Source: Actinomycetota bacterium (lineage in GTDB: Bacteria > Actinomycetota > Acidimicrobiia > Acidimicrobiales > Ilumatobacteraceae). From it: a stretch of 64,000 nucleotides of DNA. Below, piece by piece: positions 37,902 through 46,198 of the stretch. A model generated the notes under the pieces. The model had not been told where the DNA came from and searched no databases. It saw only the letters and a list, made by a program, of their open reading frames with translations. The position numbers and the translations under genes were made by a program. The first letter of the stretch is position 1. Every line of letters begins with the position of its first letter. Location: positions 10,738-74,737 of the forward strand of contig JBEDFA010000023.1 of NCBI GenBank assembly GCA_041175365.1, in the 5' to 3' direction.

Positions 37902-39776
37902 ATGAATTCGGATTTTGATTCTCGTTCCACTCATTTTGGGCGAACACTGAGGCAGCATGGTCGGAGCATGAAAGCAGCTCTCGCAGCCATCTTGGCGGTG
38001 TCGGTTGTCTTGGTGGCGAGATGGGATTCGCCTCTACAGGCTGCTGTGAAGCCTTCAGTGACGCTGGAACAGTGTGCAAACCTGACTACAACGTGTGACA
38101 CAACACATTCTTCAAATTGGCAAACAGGAAATCTGGGTACCAGTAACTCTGACTATGCGGAAGGCGACAGCGTCGCTTATCGATCAATTGCGACGAATCT
38201 TACGGTTGGACAAACGTATCGATTGCTTATCGAATGGGACACGACTCAGACTGCACACCACGCAATTGACTATCCCACGTCGTACAGCCGAACTGAAACA
38301 ACTGCTGATCCGTGTGCTGGTGTTACCTGTTCGGGTAGTGCGAATTTCTTGACGATTCCAATTGATCCGAACGTCACCTCAGCTGGAGTCACCCAACTCT
38401 CTGGTCAAAACTTCACTGTCTTTGGAGCAACGTTCCCGGCCAATGGTGTAGTGGTGAGCAACACAGGTGGAAATCTCTGTGGCACTGCAACGTGCACACT
38501 TGCTTCCAATCCTTCCGCTTACTCAGTGACAGGCACCTATGCAGGAACATCAACCGCGAGTGCGGCCGTGTACTTCACGGCGACGAATAGCACGGCAGTT
38601 CTTGCATGGGGTGGGCACATTGCCAGTCGTGTTGATTGGGGGGCAGGTAAGTCGGCATCTGCGATGGCTGGTTCCCCGTATCACATGCGTGTGATTGACT
38701 TCAATTGTTCAAACGTCGACAACTGTTCTTCAGGAAATATGGACCGTTCACTGAGTGCTGCTGCAGTGACACTGCCTGGTTCCATCACCATTGTGAAGCA
38801 AGCTACAACAAATGGCGATACATCATTCTCATTCGTAGGCGCGCCTGCACCATTGACAAGTTTCAACCTGGTGGACGATGGAACAATCGCCAATACAAAA
38901 GTGTTCTCAGGAATTACAACTTTCGGCAGTTACACGGTCTCTGAAACATCACTGGCAGGTTGGGGTCTTGACAGAGCCTCTTGCAGCGTTGCTAACCAGA
39001 CAACGGGCACCGCATCGGTCGATGGCTCTACTGCATACATCACATTGGCCGAAGGTGAGGACGTGACATGCACGTTCTATAACTCTCCATTGCCCGCGCC
39101 AGCGATGAATTTACAAAAGACCGCGAATGCGGAAAGTTATTCAGCCGTCGGCAACCAAATTACATACACCTACGTTTTGACAAACACCGGTAACACGATT
39201 TTGGGGCCAACACAGTTCAGTATTGACGATGACAAGATCAATGGGGGTGCCCCATTCGATTGTGGACCTGCTGAGACAACACTGTTGGTCGGTGAAACCG
39301 TCTCCTGTACAGCCGTCTATACAGTCACGAGCGGCGACATCGAGAATGCGTCAATCACCAATACGGCTTTCGGCTTAGTGGGTCAGCTTGTAACACCAAA
39401 TCGTCAAGTGACGATCATTTACATTCCACCAGCAACGACGACGACGTTGCCAGTTGCGACAACGACTCTGCCAATAGCAACAACTACGGTGCCGATTGCG
39501 ACAACCACAGTGCCTATCGCGACAACAACAGTGCCAGTTGCAACGACTGTGACAACACCGACCACGACAACACCAGTGGAACCGCAAGTCGTGAACCCGG
39601 ATAATCCCACGGGTACGGAAGACGTCTTAGATGTCTTGATCCCAGAAGTGCTTCCTGCTGCGGGCTGGCGAGTCGGCGGGATCACCTTGATAGCTGCTCT
39701 GATTCTGCTGCTTGGAGTAGGTGCGATGACTCTGTCATCTAACCGCCGTCAGCGCAAGAACGGAGGTCGCTCATGA
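37902..39776 (+). CDS. Cell-surface protein with SpaA-like and DUF11-like beta-sandwich domains, a Thr-rich stalk, and an LPAAG + TM + basic-tail sorting-like signal
   Basis: It has a signal/TM segment (MKAALAAILAVSVVLVA). One Ig-like domain is typical of Gram-positive surface proteins (GSITIVKQATTNGDTSFSF..GSYTVSE..GW). A second domain shows a conserved-repeat pattern (NLQKTAN...ITYTYVLTNTGNT...VSCTAVYTVT). It also has five TTT(L/V)P(V/I)A repeats. The C-terminus is LPAAG-WRVGG-ITLIAALILLLGVGAMTL-SSNRRQRK. An AAGGAAG SD precedes ATG 37902. Confidence 0.7.
   Translation: MNSDFDSRSTHFGRTLRQHGRSMKAALAAILAVSVVLVARWDSPLQAAVKPSVTLEQCANLTTTCDTTHSSNWQTGNLGTSNSDYAEGDSVAYRSIATNLTVGQTYRLLIEWDTTQTAHHAIDYPTSYSRTETTADPCAGVTCSGSANFLTIPIDPNVTSAGVTQLSGQNFTVFGATFPANGVVVSNTGGNLCGTATCTLASNPSAYSVTGTYAGTSTASAAVYFTATNSTAVLAWGGHIASRVDWGAGKSASAMAGSPYHMRVIDFNCSNVDNCSSGNMDRSLSAAAVTLPGSITIVKQATTNGDTSFSFVGAPAPLTSFNLVDDGTIANTKVFSGITTFGSYTVSETSLAGWGLDRASCSVANQTTGTASVDGSTAYITLAEGEDVTCTFYNSPLPAPAMNLQKTANAESYSAVGNQITYTYVLTNTGNTILGPTQFSIDDDKINGGAPFDCGPAETTLLVGETVSCTAVYTVTSGDIENASITNTAFGLVGQLVTPNRQVTIIYIPPATTTTLPVATTTLPIATTTVPIATTTVPIATTTVPVATTVTTPTTTTPVEPQVVNPDNPTGTEDVLDVLIPEVLPAAGWRVGGITLIAALILLLGVGAMTLSSNRRQRKNGGRS
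39432..39539 (+). repeat. Five tandem 21-24 nt coding repeats (A-T-T-T-[L/V]-P-[V/I])
   Basis: The units are gcaacgacgacgacgttgccagtt, gcgacaacgactctgccaata, gcaacaactacggtgccgatt, gcgacaaccacagtgcctatc and gcgacaacaacagtgccagtt. The peptide units are near-identical but the codons differ between units. Confidence 0.85.
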
Positions 39777-40972
39777 GAACACTGTTTTCCTCTGATGCGC
39801 CAATGCGGTTGATGCCTTGGTCTGCTTTGCATCCTTCATTAGGTGACCTGCCAAGTGTGGCGGTGATGAGCACATATCCGCCGACTCATTGCGGTCTTGC
39901 AACTTTTGCATCTGCTCTTTCGAAGGGCATGTTGGATGTTGGAGCGAGGGAAGTGGGGGTCATTGATGTCTCTGGCACGGTGGCCCCCACAACCTCCGGT
40001 CCTGTTGTTGCTTCGCTACAAGCACAGTCACCGAAGTCCCGCATTGAAGTGGCTCGAGTGATTAATGGATACGACTTCCTTTTATTGCAACATGAATTTG
40101 GAATCTTTGGCGGAGATGATGGCTGTGAGATCCTCGATGTCCTTGAAGATGTTCACGTTCCGGTTGTTGTCACTCTGCACACTGTTCCTTTGCGGCCGAC
40201 AAATGGTCAACGCAGGGTTTTGGAAGCACTGGCTGAACGCGCAGATGTATTGGTAGCGATGACCCATGTTGCACGTGATCGATTTGTAGATCTCTATGAC
40301 ATTGACAGTACAAAGGTCGCAGTGATTCCTCACGGCGCAACTCTTCCGGCGTCGTCGGGTGTGCCAGATACAGAAAACTTCACCTTCCTTACTTGGGGTC
40401 TCCTTGGGCCTGGCAAGGGAATCGAATGGATGATTGATGCAATGGCGATGGTGCCAGAACTAAAGGGTCGTATTCGTTACGTGGTCGCGGGCCAAACCCA
40501 CCCCAAGATTCTTGCGAATGATGGGGACGGCTATCGCGACATGTTGAAACGTCGTTCTCGTCTTTTGGGTGTGGAGAACATGATTGAGTTTGATGACAGT
40601 TATCGAACCCTTGATTCGTTAATTGGATTAATTACCTCTTCAACGTGTGTCGTTCTTCCATATGACTCGATTGACCAAATCACATCAGGGGTTCTGGTCG
40701 ATGCCTTGGCAGCTCGTCGTCCGGTGATTGCAACAGCATTTCCACATGCTGTGGAACTTTTGGAGGAGAAAGCGGGGCTTGTGGTCCCTCACCGTGATCC
40801 TGTCTCTCTTGCTTCGGCAATCAGAGAAGTGGTGCACTGCAAAGACAAAATTCCTCAGATGTATGACGCCACGGCGGACATTGCGAGAGAACATCGCTGG
40901 TCCGCTGTCGCCGCCAAATATTTGGAGTTCGGAAGACAATTGGTCTTGGCTGGGAACACGGTCACAACATGA
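39773..40972 (+). CDS. GT4-family (group 1) glycosyltransferase
   Basis: It has a GT-B pattern with the C-terminal sugar-nucleotide binding region (VVLPYDSIDQITSGVLVDALAARRPVIAT). The start has an ATGA overlap with the surface-protein stop, and GGAGG lies 8 nt upstream. Confidence 0.8.
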   Translation: MRTLFSSDAPMRLMPWSALHPSLGDLPSVAVMSTYPPTHCGLATFASALSKGMLDVGAREVGVIDVSGTVAPTTSGPVVASLQAQSPKSRIEVARVINGYDFLLLQHEFGIFGGDDGCEILDVLEDVHVPVVVTLHTVPLRPTNGQRRVLEALAERADVLVAMTHVARDRFVDLYDIDSTKVAVIPHGATLPASSGVPDTENFTFLTWGLLGPGKGIEWMIDAMAMVPELKGRIRYVVAGQTHPKILANDGDGYRDMLKRRSRLLGVENMIEFDDSYRTLDSLIGLITSSTCVVLPYDSIDQITSGVLVDALAARRPVIATAFPHAVELLEEKAGLVVPHRDPVSLASAIREVVHCKDKIPQMYDATADIAREHRWSAVAAKYLEFGRQLVLAGNTVTT

Positions 40973-41994
40973 CACTTCTTGAACCTCGCCAAAGCGTGGG
41001 CCTTCGTCATCTTTCACGGCTGACAGATGACCGGGGAATATTGGAACACGCCGTATATGAGCATCCACGATTTGAATATGGATACTGCACAGACGACAAC
41101 GCTCGATTACTCGTCGTTGCTGCTCGTGATAACGCTGAAAGCCCTGACTCCGTGTTGCTAGCGCGTATTGCGGCTCGATTCCTCATTGATGCTTTACGAA
41201 GTGATGGACAGATTCATAATCGAATGAGTTTTGATCGCATTTGGATTGACACGCCGAGTAGTGATGACTGTTGGGGCAGAGCCTTATGGGGATTTGGCAG
41301 CGCCGTGACCCATTCTTCGGATGGCGAGCTTCGAACGAGTTGCTACGAAGCATTCGGTGTGGGTGCACAGGCACGTTCCAATTCGTTGCGGTCCATGTGT
41401 TTTGCGCTTCTGGGTGCCGCTGAAATCGTCAAGATGGATCCATCACATGAGGGCGCACAGGCTCTGTTGTCTGATGGTGTGGCGATGTTTGCATTCCATC
41501 CCAATGGGCAGGGCGAATGGCTTTGGCCAGAACGTCGTCTCACATATGCGAATGCCTTGATCCCCGAGGCGATGTTGGCCGTTGGAGAAGCACTGGGATA
41601 CGTGCCTTTGATTCATCGTGGAACCAGGTTGCTTCACTGGCTTGTTAAACAGGAAACAGCTGGTGATCATTTTTCGGTGACGCCAGTCGGTGGGCGAGGA
41701 CCGGGAGATATAAAACCCGGATTTGATCAGCAGCCCATTGAAGTTGCTGCATTGGCAGATGCCGCTGCACGGGCTGCAGAGGTCACTGGTGATGACTATT
41801 GGGAAGAAGTAATTGACCTTGCAGTGAATTGGTTTCTAGGCAACAACGACGTCGGTCTCGCAATGATTAATTATGAGACTGGTGGCGGATATGACGGCCT
41901 GCGTCCGACCAGAGTCAACCTCAATCAAGGGGCAGAGTCCACGCTGGCAATGATCTCGACGATGCAGTATCGCTCTTCCATGTGGCTCGTGTGA
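40969..41994 (+). CDS. Conserved hypothetical protein, translationally coupled between GT4 and GH130-like genes
   Basis: It has an ATGA overlap upstream and a GTGA overlap downstream. It is a soluble 341-aa protein (LSRLTDDRGILEHA....PRFEYGYCTDDNARLL). I cannot assign a family. Confidence 0.5.
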   Translation: MTLLEPRQSVGLRHLSRLTDDRGILEHAVYEHPRFEYGYCTDDNARLLVVAARDNAESPDSVLLARIAARFLIDALRSDGQIHNRMSFDRIWIDTPSSDDCWGRALWGFGSAVTHSSDGELRTSCYEAFGVGAQARSNSLRSMCFALLGAAEIVKMDPSHEGAQALLSDGVAMFAFHPNGQGEWLWPERRLTYANALIPEAMLAVGEALGYVPLIHRGTRLLHWLVKQETAGDHFSVTPVGGRGPGDIKPGFDQQPIEVAALADAAARAAEVTGDDYWEEVIDLAVNWFLGNNDVGLAMINYETGGGYDGLRPTRVNLNQGAESTLAMISTMQYRSSMWLV

Positions 41995-43475
41995 TTGAAG
42001 TAAGGAACCACGATCCACTCGTGCGACGAACACTGCATCGTCTGACGCCTGATGCAACACGAGTTGTCTCGCGCCTCTTTGTCGCTGGACAGGAAGATTA
42101 CGGTGCTCAACAATCCCGAGCGAGTTTGGTGATTGATCGTGTGTTGAGATTGTCAGAAGAAGAGGTATGTGTCGCATTAGACGATGTTTACAATCGGTTT
42201 GTAGAGCGACATCAGGACTTAACCCATGATCTTGAGATGCATGCACATCGCGTAGCGAACCGAGTGCAGCCCGGTGTAGTTCTTTCCGAAGAGCGATGGC
42301 GCCTAATTGGTGCGCTGTTTTCCCATGAATTCTCTATTGAATCAGCGGCGCTCACTAACCCATCGATGGTGCCACACCCAGATCAAAGCAATCTTGAGGA
42401 AGGGTCCCTTCGGTTCGTCATGAGCGTGCGTTGTATCGGAGAAGGACATCGATCTTCAATCGGTTTTCGTGAAGGCATCTTTCATGCAAATGGTGAAATT
42501 GATATTGAGCCACCTGGTGATCATCCGGTTATCGGAACCCATTGGGAACCACTTCTAGAGCAGAGCAACTTCAAAGGTCTCCTGGAAGAGCTGGATGACC
42601 TAGGTGAAAATGCACGCTTTGTCATGAGTCAACTAGGGGACACCTTCACTTTGACGGAACTCAACACTGTCCTCTTTCGATTTCTTGATGATCGTGATTC
42701 GTTTCGGAATGCGGATGCGACGGTGCAACATTTCCGAATGATTGCTGAGAGGAACTATTCAGTGTCTTTCGGTGCCGAGCGAGAAATGTCCGAACGTGTT
42801 CTCTGGCCAGTGTCATATGCGGAATGGCGAGGAATGGAGGATGCACGGTTTGTGAAATTCACAAAGGAGGACGGTTCGTCTCAGTATCTGGCAACCTACA
42901 CAGCGTTTGATGGAACAAATATCTCTCAACAATTGCTGTCAACAGATGACTTCTCCGCTTTCGAGACGCACCCCATTGCTGGCAAGGCAGCTCGAGGGAA
43001 AGGGATGGCAATCTTTCCTCGCAAAATCGGTGGAATGTTTGCCGCGATGTCAAGAGCCGACAACGAATCCAACTGGGTGACTTTTTCTGACCATCTCGAC
43101 TATTGGAATGCAACTATGTCGGTTCAAATTCCATTGCGACCATGGGAGTTAATTCAAGTCGGGAATAGCGGTTCTCCCATCGAAACCGAAGCAGGATGGT
43201 TGCTCATGACCCATGCTGTGGGTCCCATGCGCACGTATTGCATTAGTGCCTCATTGCTGGATCTTGAAGACCCTGCGCGTGTGATTGGAGTTCTGGAAGA
43301 GCCGCTTCTGACTCCTCGTGTTGATGAACGAGATGGTTATGTTCCTAATGTTGTGTATTCCTGCGGTTCGATGCTCGCTGGTTCGCAATTAGTTATTCCC
43401 TATGGAATTTCAGATCATGCAATTGGGATTGGGATCGCTCAATTGGACTTGATTTTGGAACGATTGGTGAAATAG
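41982..43475 (+). CDS. GH130-like glycosidase/phosphorylase (DUF377 beta-propeller) with ~170-aa N-terminal extension
   Basis: The C-terminal ~320 aa show the GH130 pattern (GMEDARFVKF..DG...YLATYTAFDG, AIFPRKIGG.FAA.SR, GWLLMTHAVG, YVPNVVYSCG, IPYGISD). The start is probably GTG 41991, which forms a GTGA overlap. Confidence 0.72.
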   Translation: MARVIEVRNHDPLVRRTLHRLTPDATRVVSRLFVAGQEDYGAQQSRASLVIDRVLRLSEEEVCVALDDVYNRFVERHQDLTHDLEMHAHRVANRVQPGVVLSEERWRLIGALFSHEFSIESAALTNPSMVPHPDQSNLEEGSLRFVMSVRCIGEGHRSSIGFREGIFHANGEIDIEPPGDHPVIGTHWEPLLEQSNFKGLLEELDDLGENARFVMSQLGDTFTLTELNTVLFRFLDDRDSFRNADATVQHFRMIAERNYSVSFGAEREMSERVLWPVSYAEWRGMEDARFVKFTKEDGSSQYLATYTAFDGTNISQQLLSTDDFSAFETHPIAGKAARGKGMAIFPRKIGGMFAAMSRADNESNWVTFSDHLDYWNATMSVQIPLRPWELIQVGNSGSPIETEAGWLLMTHAVGPMRTYCISASLLDLEDPARVIGVLEEPLLTPRVDERDGYVPNVVYSCGSMLAGSQLVIPYGISDHAIGIGIAQLDLILERLVK

Positions 43476-43476
43476 G

Positions 43477-43514
43477 AAAGGGACGGTGAGCAATGCGCTC
43501 ACCGTCCCTTTTTT
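43477..43514 (+). terminator. Rho-independent terminator after the GH130-like gene
   Basis: The sequence is AAAGGGACGGTGAGC aatgc GCTCACCGTCCCTTT followed by more T. It is a perfect 15-bp stem with a 5-nt loop and a T tract. It starts 2 nt after the TAG stop, between convergent genes. Confidence 0.8.
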
Positions 43515-43535
43515 ACTCACCGAGGCGAGTGGCGA

Positions 43536-43952
43536 TTACTTACCGCCGAAGAGTCCACCAACAAGCTGGAGTGCATAGTCAGCTTCGGCAGATGCATTAA
43601 CCGCGAAAATGAACAATGCGCCACCGGCCATTGAGATGTTCTTCAAGAAGCCAATCATTTCCACTTGCTTGGAAGCTTCATCGGCATTCCAGAAGTCGTG
43701 CATCTTGACTGCCATTGCAACAAGCAAGACGGAAAGTACGAGTGCACCGAGGTCGGTCCACACGCCAAGAATGACGGAGAGTCCACCGAGGATGCAGAGC
43801 AAGCCCGAGAGCTGCACGGAGAGCTTTGGCATCGGCACCTTCTTGAACTGTGCATAGCCCGTCATAGCTTCTGTGTGCTTGAAGTGGTTGAGGCCGGAGC
43901 CGAGGAACATGAATGCGAACAGGATTCGACCTGCAAGAAGGACGTAGTCCAT
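43536..43952 (-). CDS. DoxX-family membrane protein
   Basis: Track ORF 43536..44003, with the start moved to MDYVLLAGRILFAFMFLGSGLNHF. It has 4 TM helices, typical of DoxX. Confidence 0.8.
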   Translation of the reverse strand: MDYVLLAGRILFAFMFLGSGLNHFKHTEAMTGYAQFKKVPMPKLSVQLSGLLCILGGLSVILGVWTDLGALVLSVLLVAMAVKMHDFWNADEASKQVEMIGFLKNISMAGGALFIFAVNASAEADYALQLVGGLFGGK

Positions 43953-43977
43953 TGGTTTCTCTCTTTCATTGGGGGAG

Positions 43978-44026
43978 ATAGTTGAGGACGCAATCATAAA
44001 CACAAAGTGGTTGCGATAGCAACTAT
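43978..44026. promoter_or_regulatory. Candidate MarR operator pair in the DoxX/MarR divergent region
   Basis: ATAGTTGaggaCGCAA (43978-43993) and its inverted copy TTGCGatagCAACTAT (44011-44026) match at 12 of 16 positions when reverse-complemented. The second copy is itself the palindrome GTTGC-gata-GCAAC. Confidence 0.45.
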
Positions 44027-44053
44027 TCCCGTTTCAGGGGTTAGATTGTCCTT

Positions 44054-44506
44054 ATGGCAACCAAGTGGCTCTCTCCTCAGGAAATGGAAGCCTGGCTTGC
44101 CTTCATTGAGACCACCGGCGATCTGATGAAGGCCATCGAGCGAGATTTGGCGCAGTACGGCCTGGATCGTGGCGATTATCAGTTGTTGGCGATTCTTTCG
44201 GAGTCTGAAGACCAGCAGATGCGCATGTGTGATCTTGCCGACCGACTTCGCCTCACCCGCAGTGGGCTGACACGCCGAATGGAAGGCGTGCTGAAGAAGA
44301 AGCTTGTTTCACGTATTCAGTCCACCGAAGATGGTCGCGTTGCATTTGCGCAATTAACCACGAAGGGTTTTGATCTTCTGAAAACTGCAGCGCCTCATCA
44401 TCTCGAAAGTGTTCGAAGCCTGATGATTGACTTGTTGTCGCCCGCCGAAATCAAAGCATTTGCAACGGGTTTCAACAAGATCTCGGCAAATCTCTCAGCC
44501 GAGTAA
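44054..44506 (+). CDS. MarR-family transcriptional regulator
   Basis: The winged-HTH pattern is YQLLAILSE....MRMCDLADRLRLTRSGLTRRMEGVLKKKLVSR..S.EDGRV. Confidence 0.9.
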   Translation: MATKWLSPQEMEAWLAFIETTGDLMKAIERDLAQYGLDRGDYQLLAILSESEDQQMRMCDLADRLRLTRSGLTRRMEGVLKKKLVSRIQSTEDGRVAFAQLTTKGFDLLKTAAPHHLESVRSLMIDLLSPAEIKAFATGFNKISANLSAE

Positions 44507-45241
44507 TTAAGCGGCGAGAGCGGCCTTTACCTCTTTGAGGCCATCAACCAAGATGGTGCGCTCTGCGTCAGACAACACTGCATACGCAGGTTCCACGATG
44601 AGGTCGGTCAAACGTTCTGCTTCCTCACGTGCCTTTGTGATTGCATCAGTAATCACTGGGGCTTCGTCTTCGGTGTAACCAAATTGCTTCCACATGTCTG
44701 GACGCTTCATGAAGTGAGCAGTCTTTGAATCAAGACCTGCAGCGCGAAGAGCAACCAGGTGGGCGCTACCGCGATATTCGCGAAGAATTGCAATGAGCTG
44801 CAATGCGCGTCCAGCGGCATCGTCGGCCAACTTCTCAGTGTTGATGGCAGCGTAAAGAGCAAGGCCATCGCCATCGGCGGCATTGTTCACCTTGTCAAGA
44901 ACTGCAACGAATGCATCAAGGTTCGAAAGGCCAGACAACTTGGCACGGCTGAGAGTTGCGCATGCGTTCATAAATGCTGTGCCAGTGACCCGTGGATCGG
45001 ATTTTGCGTTAGCGGCATCGAGAACGCTCTTGAGCAGTGCAGGCTTGAAGTAGCCAAATGCGGCTGCAACTGCTTCTGGCTCTGTGTTGCCCATCTGGCC
45101 GGCACGACCCTGAACATAAAACTCCATGCCACCAAGGCCCATGGCCTTGCCGACGCCCAATGTCTCGGGAATGAAATAGAAAGCTGCTCCGAGGTCTCCG
45201 ATGAGTGGGCAGGCTGCGTCAAGAAGTTCTTGGTTATTCAT
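44507..45241 (-). CDS. Conserved hypothetical protein (244 aa)
   Basis: It is a clean ORF with core-like composition. Its stop abuts the MarR stop. The pattern FYFIPETLGVGKAMGLGGMEFYVQGRAGQMG recurs in actinobacterial hypothetical proteins, but I cannot name a family with confidence. Confidence 0.5.
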   Translation of the reverse strand: MNNQELLDAACPLIGDLGAAFYFIPETLGVGKAMGLGGMEFYVQGRAGQMGNTEPEAVAAAFGYFKPALLKSVLDAANAKSDPRVTGTAFMNACATLSRAKLSGLSNLDAFVAVLDKVNNAADGDGLALYAAINTEKLADDAAGRALQLIAILREYRGSAHLVALRAAGLDSKTAHFMKRPDMWKQFGYTEDEAPVITDAITKAREEAERLTDLIVEPAYAVLSDAERTILVDGLKEVKAALAA

Positions 45242-45316
45242 AATGAGGCACAGTACCCAAACCAGCGAGACCTACAGTCATTGGGTGATTTCTTTGCGCT
45301 ACATGTGGTTATCTGG

Positions 45317-46198
45317 ATGTTGAAGCGTCTGGCTCCGGCCGTTTTCGTGGTGTTGTGGAGCACTGGTTTCATTGTTGCTAGGTACGGGTCCGAGGATGCA
45401 GGTCCGCTTTCATTTCTGACAGTGCGTACGGCCATCTCTGCGCTGATTCTTTGGGTAGTTGCCCGTGCCATGAAAGAACCTCGCCTCACTCGGCCTCACA
45501 TGTCGGTGCAGACAGTCACGGGTCTTGGCATTCATGCGATGTATCTCGGCGGAGTATGGGTGGCGATCGACCACGGCTTGCCCTCAGGTATAAGTGCTTT
45601 GATTGCGGCACTTCATCCTGTGGTGACCACTGTGTTGAGCCGACTGTTATTGGGAGAGGAGCTTCCTCGGCGTCGTGCGTTGGGAGTTTTGTTGGGCTTT
45701 ATCGGTGTAATTGCTGTTGTGATTGAACATGGTGGCGCAGGTGAGGGTGTCACTGGCTTCGCAATCGTTGCAATGGCTATTGCTGTTGTCGGAATGGCCG
45801 GCGGAACGTTGGTGCAACGGAAGTTCGCAGTGGGGACTCCGCTTCTGGGAGGAACTGCGATGCAGTATCTCGCTACGACTGTGGTGTTGGGGCTGCTCGC
45901 CGTCATGTGGGAAGGCTGGCAATTTGAAATCACAGCTCGAAGTGTTTTCTCACTTGCGTGGTCCGTATTGATTCTTTCGGTGGCAGCCATCTTGATCATG
46001 TTGTGGCTCTTGCATCGACAAGCTGCTGCACAGGTGAGCAGCTTGTTTTTCCTAACCCCCGCGCTGTCGACAATCGAAGGGGCATTGTTGTTTCAGGAAC
46101 GACTGCACCCATTGGCTGTTATCGGACTCGTGATTGCAGTTGTGGGCGTGTGGCTCGCTACCTCCACACCCAAAGGTGTTATTTCTCTACAAAAGTGA
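45317..46198 (+). CDS. DMT (EamA-type) transporter
   Basis: Track ORF 44759..46198 is a 5' over-extension antisense to the previous gene. The real start is ATG 45317 (MLKRLAPAVFVVLWSTGFIV). It has ten hydrophobic segments in two EamA-like halves. Confidence 0.85.
   Translation: MLKRLAPAVFVVLWSTGFIVARYGSEDAGPLSFLTVRTAISALILWVVARAMKEPRLTRPHMSVQTVTGLGIHAMYLGGVWVAIDHGLPSGISALIAALHPVVTTVLSRLLLGEELPRRRALGVLLGFIGVIAVVIEHGGAGEGVTGFAIVAMAIAVVGMAGGTLVQRKFAVGTPLLGGTAMQYLATTVVLGLLAVMWEGWQFEITARSVFSLAWSVLILSVAAILIMLWLLHRQAAAQVSSLFFLTPALSTIEGALLFQERLHPLAVIGLVIAVVGVWLATSTPKGVISLQK

Noticed and set aside
39432-39575. Tandem ~21-nt repeats considered as a possible CRISPR or minisatellite
   Set aside because: The units are contiguous with no spacers, lie in frame inside a long ORF, and encode a Thr/Pro-rich stalk. 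They are a coding repeat, not a CRISPR array.
44759-45316. 186-codon 5' extension of the DMT transporter ORF (track ORF 44759..46198)
   Set aside because: The extension is antisense to the 244-aa gene 44507..45241 and is Cys-rich nonsense. The transporter sequence begins cleanly at ATG 45317.
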